A DNA stretch of 64,000 bases from Squalus acanthias (taxonomy: Eukaryota), in the NCBI GenBank assembly GCA_030390025.1, contig CM059431.1:115570001-115634000 (forward strand), in the 5' to 3' direction. A program made the translations under genes and the position numbers. How positions within the stretch are numbered: position 1 is the stretch's first letter; every line of letters begins with the position of its first letter. Of the stretch, positions 11,807 to 24,540 are shown piece by piece. A model generated the notes under the pieces. The model made no database searches. It saw nothing but the letters and a program-made list of their open reading frames with translations, and was not told where the DNA came from.

Positions 11807-11974
11807 CCACATAAGGAGATATTATATCCAGGGAGAAGGATGGAGTCAGTGGCTAGAGACTAGAGTTTGTAGCGGGGACCGAAGACAATGGCTTCTGCCT
11901 TCCCAATATTTAGTTGGAGGAAATTTCTGCTCATCCAATACTGGATGTCGGACAGCGTACATGTGGAACCTAAG

Positions 11975-12786
11975 GGGCTGGATTTTGATACTGGGGTCGG
12001 GTTGGTGTCGTGAATCCCACATTTTGGGTTGTAGACCCACCTCCATCGAGATGTGGCCAACCCACTGTATTTTCCCTTGATTGACCTTGTTGAGCCCGCC
12101 CAGCGGGCTCAGCAGGCCAATTAAGGGCCACCCGGCAACAGGTGACGTCACAGATTGACATTTCATCTGTCAAGAGCTTTTGACAGATGAAATATCAGCG
12201 TTTGACAGCTCTGTGAAGCTGTCAAACACTGACAATATGATTTCTAACTTGAGTCCTTCCTCTCAGGCTGAGTTAGAAATCAATCCAGCACAGAAAACAG
12301 AAGGCTGCAGTTTTTGACAGCACCACGGCTTTTCTGCTTTCTGTGCCGGTGAGATTTCTGACTCCCGAGAACTGAAGGGCTGACACCTGCAGGAGGAAGT
12401 TAAGGTAAGTAAAACTTTTTCCCACACTTAGCACTTACCTTACACACTTATCTCTGCACACATGCACCCATCACTCACCTGCCCACCGGACATATCGACC
12501 CCTCCAACCCCTGCAGACCCACCTGTCGGGAAGCCCACATTTCAGCCGTCAAAATAGGGATTCGGCAAAAAACTGCCTGTTAACTACCTGTTAACAGGCA
12601 GTTAATTGTCACTAATCCCTTCCCGCCTCGGGGAGTCGGGTCTCAGCACAGGTCGGGTACCCGCCACCAGCGAAACTGGCATGGAGGCGGGTTGGAGGTG
12701 GGATGGGGTCGGGACCCCCAAATCTGCAACTTTAACCCCCCACACGCCTCCAAACCCGACTCCACGGGTCATTGAAAATCCAGCCC
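11975..12786. mobile_element. Non-autonomous PIF/Harbinger-type MITE
   Basis: Perfect 12-bp TIR GGGCTGGATTTT/AAAATCCAGCCC, near-TSD AAG/AAT, internal hairpins. Interrupts L2. Confidence 0.8.
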
Positions 12787-13382
12787 AATGTGTTTTCGGA
12801 TAATGTTGTCGAGGGGCAACATCTAGATGAGAAATAGGAGGGGGCCAAGGTTAGCTCCTTGGGGCACTGCAGAGGTAACAGTGCAGGAGCGGGCAGAGAA
12901 GTCATTGCAGGTGATTTTCTGGCTACGAATGGATAGGAATGGCACCAGGCAAGTGCAGTCCCACCCAGCTGGATGACGGAGGAGAGGCATTGGAGAAGGA
13001 TGGCGTGGTCAACTGTGTCAAAGGCTGCAGGCAGGTCGAGAAGGATGAGGAGGAATAGTTTACCACGATACTGGCCATTTCAGTTCTGTGGCAGGGGCGG
13101 AAACCTGATTGGAGGGATTCAAACATGGAGTTGCAGGAAACTTGGGCACAGATTTGGGACGTGACAAAATGTTCAAGGACTTTGGAGAGAAAAGGGAGGC
13201 TGCACATGTGACGGTAGTTTGCAAGGACAGAGGGGTCAAGTGTGGGTTTTTTGAGGAGAGAAGTGATGACGGTAAATTTGAAGGGGAGGGGGACAGTACC
13301 TGATGAGAGGGAGCCGTTAACAATATCAGCTACATGGGGGCCATGAAGGTAAGTTGGGTGGCCAGTAGTTTGGTGGAAATAG

Positions 13383-14261
13383 TGTAGGGTGAGGGTTGTG
13401 GTAGGAGTCAGCCTTTCCCCTGACTCAGTGAGCGGTTCGAATCGCTCCCACGCCCCAGGTTCAAAACTTGGACTTATTTAGGGGTTGTGAATAAAGATGC
13501 AGTAGACCACAGGTTCCAATGAAAGAACTATAACTTTTATTAAAGTTAAAAGGTAACAAACTTAAACACACTTCACACTTAAACAGGTTACAGTATACAA
13601 GAAAAAAAACCTTTATCCCTCCCAAAAATCCCACTTCTATCTAGGTTTCGGTTTCAGGAGATCAGGGATAATGCTCACCAGACAGGGGTATTAACAGTAC
13701 GAAATCCAGCCAGGTAAGTCGATGGTGATTCTGGTCATCGAACGTCTTCCTTTACCATGTGGCTTCTGGGCAGTGCTGCGAGAGAGCCTTGTTTCCAGCG
13801 TAGTTGGCGAGTCAAAAGAGAGAGAGCTCTTGGGTCCTGCTATATAGTCCTTTTTCGCCCCCCCCCCCTCCAAAACTCCTCACGAAAAACTGGTTTCGTG
13901 ATGCAGTGAGTTTTCAGGTGAGGCCTGTTCATTGTCTTTGTTGAAATTTTGATGGGCTTTCAACTATGCTAAACCAAATCAAATGGCTTAGATCCTGTTG
14001 CGTTGTCGTTCCATGGAAGCTTGCATTGTTCTCCTGCTTTGGGTTCCTTGCTGGTCCTAGCATTCCTATGGGCTCTGTGTTTTGGGTGGGGCGGCCTTTC
14101 CCCAGGGCCTATTGTCCAAATGGTAATGTTTGCTGGGCTTTGAATTCCCAGACCATCCACGTGCCGGACATGTCCAGGCATGTTTCCTTTAAAGTTCCAA
14201 AGTCCTTACTTTTTTCCTTTCGATATATTTTTGGGGATCTGCAAATTTTGGAAATCTTACA
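13383..14261 (-). mobile_element. Solo LTR, 879 bp
   Basis: TGTAGGGT...ATCTTACA with 4-bp TSD ATAG (13379-13382, 14262-14265). L2 is contiguous across it. Minus-strand TATATA (~13843) lies upstream of AATAAA (~13539). Confidence 0.88.
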
Positions 14262-14807
14262 ATAGGTTCGTGGGAGCAGGAGGTGGGTCTCATGGAGAAG
14301 GTGTGCTTGGCGAGGGCATGAGGGGAGTTAGAGAAACTAGAGAAAGATGCAAGCTCAGAGCTAGGGCAGGCAGGAACCTTAGGAGAAGTTTTGCCCAGTG
14401 GGCTCGGGCAGAGGCAACTGAGCGGATGGTCTCAATCTTAGTGACGAAAAAGTCCATGAGTTCCTCGCACTTGACGTTGGAAGTGAGGGTGAGGAGGCAG
14501 GGGAGAGGGGTTCAAGAAGACTTTTTGTAGAGAAGGAGAAAGGCCAGGATTTAACTTTGCATTCCAGGGTGATCCTGGAATAGTGAGCAGTTTTAGCAGA
14601 GGTGCGTAGGACCCGATAGTGCTTTATGCGGTCCAGCCAGATCTGGTGTTAAATGGCTAAACCACTTGTCCCTTGGACTTAAAGGAGCAGAGATGAGGGT
14701 CGTACCAGGATCGGAAGCTCAGCTCAGGTTCAACTAAGATGCCAATGTTAAAAAGGGACCAATTATGCTGTGGACTCACTCCAGCAGGTAATAAATTAAA
14801 TAAAATT

Positions 14808-15180
14808 GGGTACTGCCTGGCTGAAAACAATTTTCAAACTGAAAGATCTTAGTTTCAATCTCGGGCCTCTCCTGAGTTATCTGGTCTTAGCTAACGTGGC
14901 GACAGGTTGCTATAATTGACTTCAGAGGTCTTGGGTTAGGGAAAGAAAATTGGCCAGATTCCCACTCCAGATCATTATCCAGAAACTTCTGATGGAAGTG
15001 GATATATGGCCTTCCTGTGAGGACGGAAGTACCCTCAGCTGTGATGCCCCATAACTAAGAAGCCTGTCAACACCCAGTGCCAATGTCCCTACATGAATAA
15101 TGGTTATTTGGGTGAGACACATGTGGAATTGTACCCCACCAAAAAATTAAAGTCTTCAGGAGAGATGGCTAGGAAATTGG
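14808..15180 (+). mobile_element. Ancient tRNA-SINE, AmnSINE2-like
   Basis: CTGAGTTATCTGGTCTTAGCT...AAAATTGGCCAG...TATCCAG...GCTGTGATGCCC...ACATGAATAATGG shared with about ten diverged copies. Family name from memory. Confidence 0.6.
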
Positions 15181-15454
15181 GAAGAAAAAAAGTGTTTCCA
15201 AGCAACAACACAACTGAGTATAGGTACAATGAAAAAATGGCACAATTTAATTTTCGAGCATATCCTCTGCCAATGATAGCTTTCCTTTTCTGTCTTTGGT
15301 CCTGTTAATCCTAGTTGTTAACTGAATTTTAAAAGAATTTAAAGGTAGCTCCCCAATGATTTAGTGGGTTAAGTTGCCCAGTGTAGAATTAAGCCATGCA
15401 GACCAGAAGGTCCTCGGCTTGATTCCTGATCTGTGCTTAGTTAGATGTTAGAGG

Positions 15455-16370
15455 GGGAAGAATGTGAACACCAAGCAGGAATTTGCAAAAGGTTTACGAG
15501 GAGTGCTCCATGGTAAGATCGATGGGGTGGGTTTTGAGGAGACTTTTGATGATGGGGAGAGATGAAGAAAGGTGGAAGGGTTTGTGAAGAGAATTCTGGA
15601 GGGATAGCTGATGGTCTCGCCAGTGATGGTGAAGTGAATGAAAGAAGGAGGTGGGAATGTACAGTAGTTCAGGTGCATAAGTGTATATGGTAGAACATGG
15701 AATGTAGGGCCAGAGGAGATACTGGGGCAGGGGAAGCAAGGTCATTGAGGAATCTGTAGACATGGTTGAGGATTTTGAAGTAAGAGAATGGGAAGCCAGT
15801 GCAGGTTGGCGAGTATATTATTAGGACAGTAGAGTTCTAGATGAGTTGCAGTTTGCGTAGAATGTATCTTGGGAGGCTGTGCAGAAATTAAAGCTAGAGA
15901 TGAAAACATGAATAAGTGTTTTAGCAGTGGTAAGGACAAGGTAAGCATGAAGGTGGGCGATATTGTGGTTTGGAAACAACTGGTCATGGTAATGTGCTGG
16001 ATGTGGGGTTTGAAGCTTAGCTCAGGGTAAAACAGGACACAAAAGTTGTGCTTTATCAGATTTAGCCTGATTGAATAGTGTGGGAGGAGGATGATACCAG
16101 ATGCTGGGATGGGGTGTCAAACATCATAGCAACAGTTGTGGAGTCATGGGTCCTGATGGAGATGTATAACTGGATATTATTGGATACTTTTGGAAGTTGA
16201 CCCCATGCTTATGGATAATGTCTCCATGACAAAGCATATATATGGAGGATTAGGAAAAGGGGTGAGATTGGAACCTTGAGGCATGCTGGAGGTGACCAGT
16301 GGACACGGGATGAGAAGCAAGAGGACTGCTGGCTATGATGAGACAGCTAGGAATGGAACTATGAAAGCAT
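15455..16370 (-). mobile_element. Old L2 LINE 3' fragment
   Basis: ILANLHWLP motif and degenerate homology to the other L2 copies. Confidence 0.65.
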
Positions 16371-16739
16371 GGTGCTAAGGAACAAATGTGCATTTCAATT
16401 GGTCTCAGACAGGAACAGGAAAAAAATCAGCTAGAGTTCTCACTCTTAATTACTAATCAGTGACCCATGCTGGAAAGCATAGATGAGGATATCAAGCGAT
16501 AAGAATTCTTTTGGTTGCTATGTGTAGCGACATTGCAAGTGTGTTTGTGAAAAATTCCTTTGTTCGGTATTTCAGGCAAAATCCTATATGCATTCAACTA
16601 GAAAATCAAACAGAGGAAATCTTCATAAATCTTTTTATGACGTTGGTACACATAGAAGCCAGAGGAGTTATGAAGATGAGGCATGTAGGGAAGGTACTGG
16701 AGAGATAGAGCTGGTCAGGTTCTTGGCTGTGGCAAAGAT

Positions 16740-17065
16740 CAAGTCATATAAAAGGTATGTAGATTAACAGTTAATGTACACATGGTCAATGTGATCTCCT
16801 GGACTGGTTTTGATCGTCTGAGGGGGTCAGAGAGGAATGTTCCAGAGTTTTTTAATCCCTTATTGACCATGTGCTCTTTTTTCTGAGTTTTTTCGCCGCT
16901 CCCAGGAGATTACATGGCTGATGGGGTGGGGTGGAGGGGGTGGGGGGTGGGGGGGGTGGGGGTAGGAAGTGTCTAGTCGTGATGCTCCAGGCACCATGAG
17001 TGCAGGGCAGGCTTCATGGACTAGCTGGTCTTTTCCTGCCCGTCATATTCTTCTGTTCATATGTA
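16740..17065 (+). mobile_element. Probable CR1-type 3' UTR fragment of another subfamily
   Basis: Ends GGCAGGCTTCATGGACTAGCTGGTCTTTTCCTGCCCGTCATATTCTTCTGTTCATATG, resembling a CR1 3' stem plus tail. Confidence 0.5.
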
Positions 17066-17508
17066 GATACTTACACCTGTGGCCACATACCCCAGTAAGA
17101 GTTAGCATCTTGAGGAAAGCAGTGTAGCAAATTTCTAAAACATTTAGGTGGCCGATTTTTCCATATAAATTTTTTTTAAAGATTGTTTAACAAAACATAT
17201 ATGAACTGCAGTTTTAGGACTGTCAGGTAAACATTGTCCCTGTGGTTACAGAAGTGACTCTAAGGGGGCAATAATTCCCCCAGCCTTTAGCTTTGGGAAT
17301 TACCACAAACTCCCAGATGCTTTTGTAACCCTAATGTCAATGGCTTTCCTCTGTGGCCCTTAACTGCACAAACATTGTAAATAATAAATATTATTTCACA
17401 TCAGTACAATTGTTTTCTTTGGTTACGGGGGCCAAATGTTCCAGAAAATGACAGCACCGAGTTTTGATAATCCTTTTCATGACGATAATACCATATCACA
17501 TGAAATAA

Positions 17509-17780
17509 GAACATAAGAAACAGGAGCAAGAGTCGGCCATTCGGCCCCTCGAGCCTGCTCCGCCATTCAATAAGATCATGGCTGATCTTCTACCTCATCT
17601 CCACTTTCCTGCACTATCCCCATATCCCTTGATCCCTTAATATTCAAAAATCTATCGATCTATGTCTTGAATATACTCAACGACTGAGCCTCCACAGCTC
17701 TCTGTGATAGAGAATTCCAAAGATTCACCACCCTCTGAGTGAAGAAATTTCTCCTCATCTCAGTCCTAAATGGCCGACCC
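17509..17780 (-). mobile_element. CR1 3' end
   Basis: AAGAACATAAGAAACAGGAGC...GGCCATTCGGCCCCTCGAGCCTGCTC is the reverse complement of the CR1 3' end at 5800-6075. Confidence 0.9.
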
Positions 17781-18114
17781 CAATGAAGTTATTCCAAGCA
17801 TATATAATTCCTTATGCGATGCTATGTGATTGGATTATATAGCACCTACTGCAATTTAGCAAAAGGGTTAAATGGTAATAGCAGAAAGAGTTGCCGGGCT
17901 GAGGTGAAGCTGAAATCGCTGTAGCTCTGAACTGGCAGCTATATAGTAAAAATACCCTGGTTCTTCCTTTTCAGACCACGTAAATTAATCTGCAATGTAG
18001 GATAATTGAGAGGTTACCATGACAGTATAAACTAGGAATGAACATTGCCTAGTTCAAGCGCACTGTCTGAGCCCCAGGCTTAGATTACTGCCTTAAACCC
18101 CATTCCAGCTATAC

Positions 18115-18400
18115 ATTACAACTTGCATTTATATATTCAGCATCTGAGTGCAATTGGCAAGTAAAAGTAGGAGAAGATTTGGGGAAGGTGACCAAAAGCT
18201 TGGTTGAAGAGGTAGATTTCGAAAAGGCTTCTGAAGCTCAGGAGAGAATAGCAATGTTTAGGGATTTAGAGAGAGAGTTCCCGAGTGTAGTTACAGAGTG
18301 TTGGGCCAAGACAGCTGAATACTGTGTCCTTAAAGATGGAGCAGAGAGAGGAAGTAGAGGCACGGGAAGCCAGAGTTGGAAGAGTGTAATTATATTACGT
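18115..18400 (-). mobile_element. Degraded L2 3' end
   Basis: ACAACTTGCATTTATAT...GGTGACCAAAAGCTTGGTTGAAGAGGTAG. Confidence 0.65.
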
Positions 18401-18456
18401 TGTAAATTTTGATATTAGTAATGCTTAAGAAAGAAATTAGGGGCCCGATAGTTACA

Positions 18457-19300
18457 GGGAGGCAGGGAGGGAGCAGGGGGAGGCAGGGAGGGAGCAGGGG
18501 GAGGCGGGGAGGGAGCAGGGGGAGGTGGGGAGGGAGCAGGGGAGGTGCGGAGGGAGCAGGGGGAGGTGGTGAGGGAGCGGGGGTAGGTGGGGAGGGAGCA
18601 GGGGGAGGAGGGGAGGGAGCAGGGGGAGGAGGGGAGGGAGCAGGGGGAGGAGGGGAGGGAGCAGGGGGAGGAGGGGAGGGAGCAGGGGGAGGCGGGGAGG
18701 GAGCAGGGGGAGGAGGGGAGGGAGTAGTGGGAGGCGGGGAGGGAGCAGGGGGAGGCGGGGAGGGAGCTGGGGGAGGCGGGGAGGGAGCTGGGGGAGGAGG
18801 GGAGGGAGCTGGGGGAGGAGGGGAGGGAGCTGGGGGAGGAGGGGAGGGAGCTGGGGGAGGCGGGAGGGGAGCAGGGGGAGGCGGGAGGGGAGCAGGGGGA
18901 GGCGGGGAAGGAGAAGGGGAGGCAGGGAGGGAGCAGGGGGAGGCGGGGAGGGAGCAGGGGGAGGCGGGGAGGGAGCAGGGGGAGGCGGGGAGGGAGCAGG
19001 GGGAGGAGGGGAGGGAGCAGGGGGAGGAGGGGAGGGAGTTGGGGGAGATGGGGAGGGAGCTGGGGGAGGCGGGGAGGGAGCTGGGGGAGGAGGGGAGGGA
19101 GCGGGGGGAGGCGGGGAGGCGGGAGGAGAAGAGGAGGCGGGGAGGGAGCAGGGGGAGGCGGGGAGGGAGTGGGGTGAGGCGGGGAGGGAGAAGAGAGGCG
19201 GGGAGGGAGCTGGGGAGGTGGGACGAGCTGGGGAGGAGGGGAGGGAGCAGGGGGAGGCGGGGAAGGAGAAGGGGAGGCAGGGAGGGAGCAGGGGGAGGTG
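18457..19300 (+). repeat. G/purine-rich minisatellite, unit about 21 bp (GGGGAGGCGGGGAGGGAGCAG and variants), roughly 40 units
   Basis: Directly visible. Translates as (GEGAGGG)n or (REQGEAG)n depending on frame. Confidence 0.95.
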
Positions 19301-19434
19301 TAGCAGCTGGTAACCTGGAAATACGGGTATCCCGGAGGTTCTGCCAAATTTAAAGGCATGACCTGATTTAAATTTTTGGACTCTATTTCCTGGCCGCAGC
19401 CAGCCAGATTGAGAGGCTGGCTGGCTGTCGGGAA

Positions 19435-19825
19435 AAAAGAAAGAAAGACTTGCATTTATATAGCGCCTTTCACAATCACCGGACGTCTCAAAGAACTTTA
19501 CTGCCAATGAAGTACTTTTGGAGTGTAGTCACTGTTGTAATGTGGGATACACGGCAGCCAATTTGCGCAAAGCAAGCTCCCACAAACAGCAATGTGATAA
19601 TGGCCAGATAATCTGTTTTTGTTATGTTGATTGAGGGATAAATATTGGCCAGGACACCGGGGAGAACTCCCCTGCTCTTCTTCGAATAGTGCCATGGGAT
19701 CTTTTACGTCCACCTGAGGGGGCTGATGGGGCCTCGGTTTAACGTCTAATCTGAAAGAAGACACATCCTACAGTGCAGCACGCCATCATTACTGCCTGAA
19801 ATGTTGCCTAGATTACCATACCATT
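19435..19825 (-). mobile_element. DeuSINE (SacSINE1-like), head truncated
   Basis: Reverse complement of the 8640-9020 family sequence. Confidence 0.88.
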
Positions 19826-20077
19826 GTACTCTTGACCTAAATATTAATGGTTCACACACAAAAATGAAAGCAAACTTATGATCCAGCAAGATGTAGACTC
19901 CATTTGCTCATATTTTCCAATTTCTGCTGTGCTTGTTGTGGGGAGGCACTGCATGGAGACCAGCTAATTTCCCACAGGGTGCAAAGGAAATTTGAAATTG
20001 ATTATAACATTGGGTTAGGAAGGAGAAATCAGCTGGGATTCCTGATTCTAATTGCTATTCCAGTATCCCTGCTGGAA

Positions 20078-20416
20078 GTGGTAGCACTCTCACCACTGAG
20101 TTAGAAGGTTGTGGTTTCAAGTCCCAATCCAAGGTCTTGAGCACAAAATCTAGGCGGACACTCCAGTGTAGTACTGAAGGAGTGCTGCACTGTCAGAGGT
20201 GCTGTCTTTCAGATGAGTCTGCCCTCTCAGATGGACGTGAAAGATTTCACGGCAATATTTCGAAGAAGAGCAGGAAAGTTCTCCCTGGTGTCCTGGCCAA
20301 TATTTATCGCTCAATCAACATCACTAAAAACAGTTATCTGGTCATCTTCACATTACTGTTTGTGGGAGCTTGCTGTGTGTAAATTTCCTACTCACAACAG
20401 TACTTCATTGGCTGCA
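20078..20416 (+). mobile_element. DeuSINE (SacSINE1-like), preceded by an AmnSINE2-like fragment at about 20005-20077
   Basis: GGTAGCACTCTCACC...TTCAAGTCCC head followed by the Deu-like domain. Confidence 0.85.
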
Positions 20417-21150
20417 AACAACAACAACAACTTGCATCTATATAGTGCCTTTAACGTAGTAAAACATCCCAAGGCGCTTCACAGGAGCAATTATCAAACA
20501 GAATTGGACACCGAGCCACAACAGAGATATTAGGACAGGTGACCAAAAACTTGGTCAAAGAGGTAGGTTTGAAGAAGTGTCTCAAAGGAAGAGAGAGAGA
20601 GGCAGAGAGGTTCAGGGAGGAAATTTGTGAGCTTAGGGCCGAGGCAGCTGAAAGCACGGCCGCCAATAGTGGAGTGAAGAAAATCAGGGATGCTCAAGAG
20701 GCCAATATTGTAGGAGCATAGAGATCAGAGAGTTGTATGGCTGGAGGAGATTACAGAGATCGGGAGGGGTGAGGCCATGGAGGGATTTGAAAACAAGGAT
20801 GAGAATTTAAAATCAAGGCGTTGCCAGACTGGTCAGCGAGCACAGGGGTGATGGGTGAATGGGACTTGGAGCAAGTTAGGTTATGGGTAGCAGAGCTTTG
20901 GATGAGTTTAAGTTTACGGAGGGTGCAAGGTGGGAGCCTAGCCAGGAGAGCATCGAAATAATCATATCTAGAGGTAACAAAGGCATGGATGAGCACTTCA
21001 GGAGCAGATGAGCTGAGGCAGGGGTGGAGACAGGCGATGTTATGGAGGTGGAAGTAGGCGGTCTTGGTGATGGAGAGGATATGGGGTCAGAAGCTCAGCT
21101 CAGGGTCAAATAGGACGCCAAGGTTGCGAACAGTCTGGTTCTGCCTAAGA
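20417..21150 (-). mobile_element. L2 LINE 3' fragment
   Basis: (CAA)n tail. LIHAFVTSRYDY...KLKLIQ...SPITPVLAD. Confidence 0.9.
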
Positions 21151-21162
21151 CAGCCTAAAACT

Positions 21163-21334
21163 GGGCCTCGGTTTAACGTCTGATCCGAAAGACGGCAACT
21201 CCGACAGGGTAGCACTCCCTCAGCACTGCACTGGAGTGTCAGCCTAGATTTATGCGCTCAAGTCCCTGGGACTTGAACCCACAATCTTCTGACTCAGAGG
21301 TGAGTGTTCTACCAACTGAGCCACAGCTGACACA
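21163..21334 (-). mobile_element. DeuSINE 5' half
   Basis: Reverse complement GTCAGCTGTGGCTCAGTTGGTAG (A box)...GGGTTCAAGTCCC (B box). Confidence 0.85.
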
Positions 21335-21947
21335 ACTGACAGAGAAGGCCTGCAGCACCAGGCCACCAGGAGCGGAGAGGATGGATGGAGGGAGGGAGAG
21401 ATCATGGGTCGGGTGGGACATTGGGGTTGGGGGTGGGGGGGGGGGGGAAGGGGTGGCCTGGAGAGATCGGTTGGTGGGGACATTGTGGGGGAGGGGGGTG
21501 GCACTCGAAGAGATCGATCGGGGGCCGGAGTGGTGGGTCAGGGGTCGGAGAGATGGGGGAGGGGATCACGGGGGTCCGATTGCAGGGGTGTCACCAGGTT
21601 TGCTTGTGGGGCTGGGGGAAGCACTCCTCCTCCTCTTGGCCCACAAGCAGTGCTGGAAAGGCATTTACCTGTTGGATCGGTCCGTTCTTGTCTCCCTTCA
21701 GCTGTCGGGTTTTCTGAGGCCTGGGAAACATGGCCTACAGGCGTTAAATCTGAAACACAGTTAAAATTGGAGGCAGCAGCCTCATTAAAATATTTAAATT
21801 AGGGACCCGCCTCCGGAGAGCAGGTTAGTCGCCCGCCCCCCAACCCGCCTCCGTTAAAATCGGAAATGAGCGTGGGTTGGGGTCGGGTTTCCCATTTTTT
21901 GATATTTTAATCCCCTCCCTGCCCATCCTGGGGTTAAAATTCCCCCC
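21335..21947. mobile_element. Harbinger-type MITE with right TIR only (family of 37322-38038)
   Basis: Shares GGGGAAGCACTCCT-CTCCT...CCACAAGCA and CCTCCGTTAAA...GGTCGGGTTT...TTAAAATT(C/T)CCC blocks with 37690-38038. Confidence 0.65.
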
Positions 21948-22351
21948 TAATTATTTGTTACTAACTGGTTTCAGTCTGCCAGCAACATTCCATGAGTTTG
22001 TCAGCATATGGAAGAGGATGGTTTCTATCGCTGTTTTTGGATGAAGACACAGCCTTCCTGAATAGTGTGTTCTTTCGCAGTTGTAATTTCTCAGAATGTC
22101 CAATCTGAGACAGGCTAGGCACAAAGGGCTACCGCCAACTCCTCCTGAGCGTCCTTGGTGCTTGGAAGACTGCCGGGGATGTGAGGGAAAAATGAAGTGG
22201 AGGGTCCCGGTTGTGCCCTCCTGTCTCATTTACATAGTTATCCTTTGCTTGAGTCTGCTCTCGGACAAGCGCTCTGCCCCTCTCAGGAATTGCCTGGATG
22301 ACATCAAGGGGGCTCCTTCTCCCTTTTTGTGCCTGAGAACTGAGCATTCAT

Positions 22352-22480
22352 TAGAACATAAGAATTAGGAGCAGGAGTAGGCCATACGGCCCCTCGAGCC
22401 TGCTCCGCCATTCAATAAGATCATGGCTGATCTTCGACCTCAACTCCACTTTGCTGCCCGATCCCCATGTTCCTTGATTA
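22352..22480 (-). mobile_element. CR1 extreme 3' end
   Basis: AGAACATAAGAATTAGGAGCAGGAGTAGGCCATACGGCCCCTCGAGCCTGCTCCG. Confidence 0.9.
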
Positions 22481-23354
22481 GGCACAAAGAAGAGTAAATA
22501 CAAGGTGCCCTTCAACCAAGTTACGACCCTGTTATTCTCTTTCTGATCTATTTACCATTACATTTTATGCTCAATTGGATTAACACCACCTTTAAATGCA
22601 TTATGTGTTTTGCTTTAACTTTGTTTACATCAGACTCCTGTTCCTGTTTAGGACGGTTTCTACAATCGAGCATCATTAAAGAAGCGTGCATTCATGGGAA
22701 AAAAGTAACTTGGCAAACGGCTTCGTTGGTGGAGGGAGAGGAGGGACCCTGCATCATCTTCGTCACGGTGACATTGTGCACAGTTAAGCAATGATTCATT
22801 TTCAAGCAACAACAAGATTTTGCACTTATGTAGCACCTTTAAGGCTCGGAAACTCCCCAAGGCACTTCATAGAAGCGTAATGAGCCACAATTTACATTTT
22901 GATATAAAAGTTGAAAATTGACCACTTAGTGGTTTGCTTGCTTCCTGTTGCTTTTACTTATTAGAGCACTGATAAACATGTCAGCCAAAGTGAGACAGGC
23001 AAGACACTGCCAGATTTAACTATCATTAATAAATAGTTTTAGTGCTGCTCTGAACCTGACTGGAAAATAACTTTTTTTTTTCCACTTGGATACAATTCAG
23101 GCAAAATAATGCCAACTTTGTGCCAGAATTAGGTTTTGCATTCCTAGAGGAGAAAACTGGCTGCCTATTGTTTATGTCTCTCTCTCTAATAGAGAAAACA
23201 TATAAAACACCCTGATACTTTCTGGATTATTCCAAAGGTAGCTTTGTAGAGCAGAACTTGTATGGTTTCATATAATGTATTCTAGGCTTTTAATCCATAT
23301 CTAATTTTACAATGCAATTTCAAAATAATTCGCTGGTATTCGCTCCTGTGAATT

Positions 23355-24540
23355 CCCGTGCTTCATCACCTCCCTTTCCTCTCCAAAGTTTTTGAACGGG
23401 TTGACGACTCCCAAATCTTTTCCGCAACTCCATGTTTGAATCTTTCCAATTGGGTTTCAACCCCTGCCATAGCACTGAAATGGTCCTAAAACAAATGATA
23501 TCTTCTGTGACTGTGGTACACTTCCCTCCTCAATCCTTCTCAACCTCTCTGCAGCCTTTGACATGGCCAACCACACTATCCTCCTCCAACGCCTCTCCTC
23601 CATCGTGCAGCTGATTAGGCCTGCCTTCACTTGGGTCCACTGATACCTATCCAATCATAGCCAGAGTATCTCCAACAATGGCTTCTCTTCCTGCCCCCAC
23701 ACCGTTAACTCTGGAGTTCTCTAATCATCTGTCTTTGGCCCCCTCCTAGTCCTCATCTACATGCTGCCTTTCAGTGGCATCACCTGAAGAGATGTTGTCA
23801 GGTTCCACTGTACGCTGACAACACCTAGCTCTACATCATCTCCACTTCGGTCACAAATTCCATACACTCGCCACCAGTTCCATCCCTCTCCCCACCGACT
23901 GTCTCAGGTTGAAGTTGACCGTTTGCAACCGATCTGAGTTTCCAACCCCATGTCCCTCCATCACAAATATCACCCAGTTCCACCTCCATAACAATCGCCC
24001 ACCTCAGCCTTGGTGAATCCCGCATCCATACTTTTGTCATCTCAAGACTATTCAAATACTCTGTCAGTCAGCCTCCCATCCTTCATATATTCAGTTCATC
24101 CAAAACTCTGCCACCTGTATCCTAACCTGCAGCAAGTCCCACTCACCCATCACCCCTGTGCTCGCTGACCTTCATTGGCTCAAATTTAAAATACTCATCC
24201 TTGTGTTCAAGTCCCTTGATGGCCTTGCCCCTTTCTACCTCTGTAAGCTCCAGCTCTCTGAGAATTCAGCGTTCCTCCAACTCTGGTCTCTTTTGCATCT
24301 CCTACCATTGACCCATCTAGGACCTAAGTTCTGCAATTTCCTCCCTAAACCTCTCTACCTATCTCTCCTCCTTTAAAACCCTCTTTAAAACCTACCACTT
24401 TGACCAAACTTTTAGTCACCCCTCTTAATAACTCCTTCTTTAGCTTGGTATAAATTTTTGTCTGATTACGCTTCTGTGAAGCTCCTTGGAAAGGCTTTCT
24501 ATCTTAAAGGCACTGTATAAGTGCAATTTGTTGTTCTTGT
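23355..24540 (+). mobile_element. Decayed L2 LINE RT-to-3' fragment
   Basis: FESFQLGFNPCHSTE, YADN-like site, LADLHWL, and tail ATAAGTGCAATTTGTTGTTCTTGTT. Confidence 0.85.

Larger units (their letters stand above)
10985..14720 (-). mobile_element. Decayed L2 LINE with an inverted segment (11101-11806) and nested MITE and solo LTR
   Basis: (CAA)n CTTGCATTTA tail at left. WMSRNFLQLNIGKAEAIVFGP and LPFLSKVLE...[14 protein letters not shown] are L2 RT motifs. Confidence 0.85.

Noticed and set aside
18457..19300. CRISPR-like or telomeric array
   Set aside because: Units are directly tandem with no unique spacers and are not TTAGGG. The context is eukaryotic with no cas genes.
18409..19507. Gly-rich and Pro-rich ORFs of 314-351 aa on both strands
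   Set aside because: They are translations of a stop-free G-rich minisatellite. Several frames are open and one ORF runs into a SINE.
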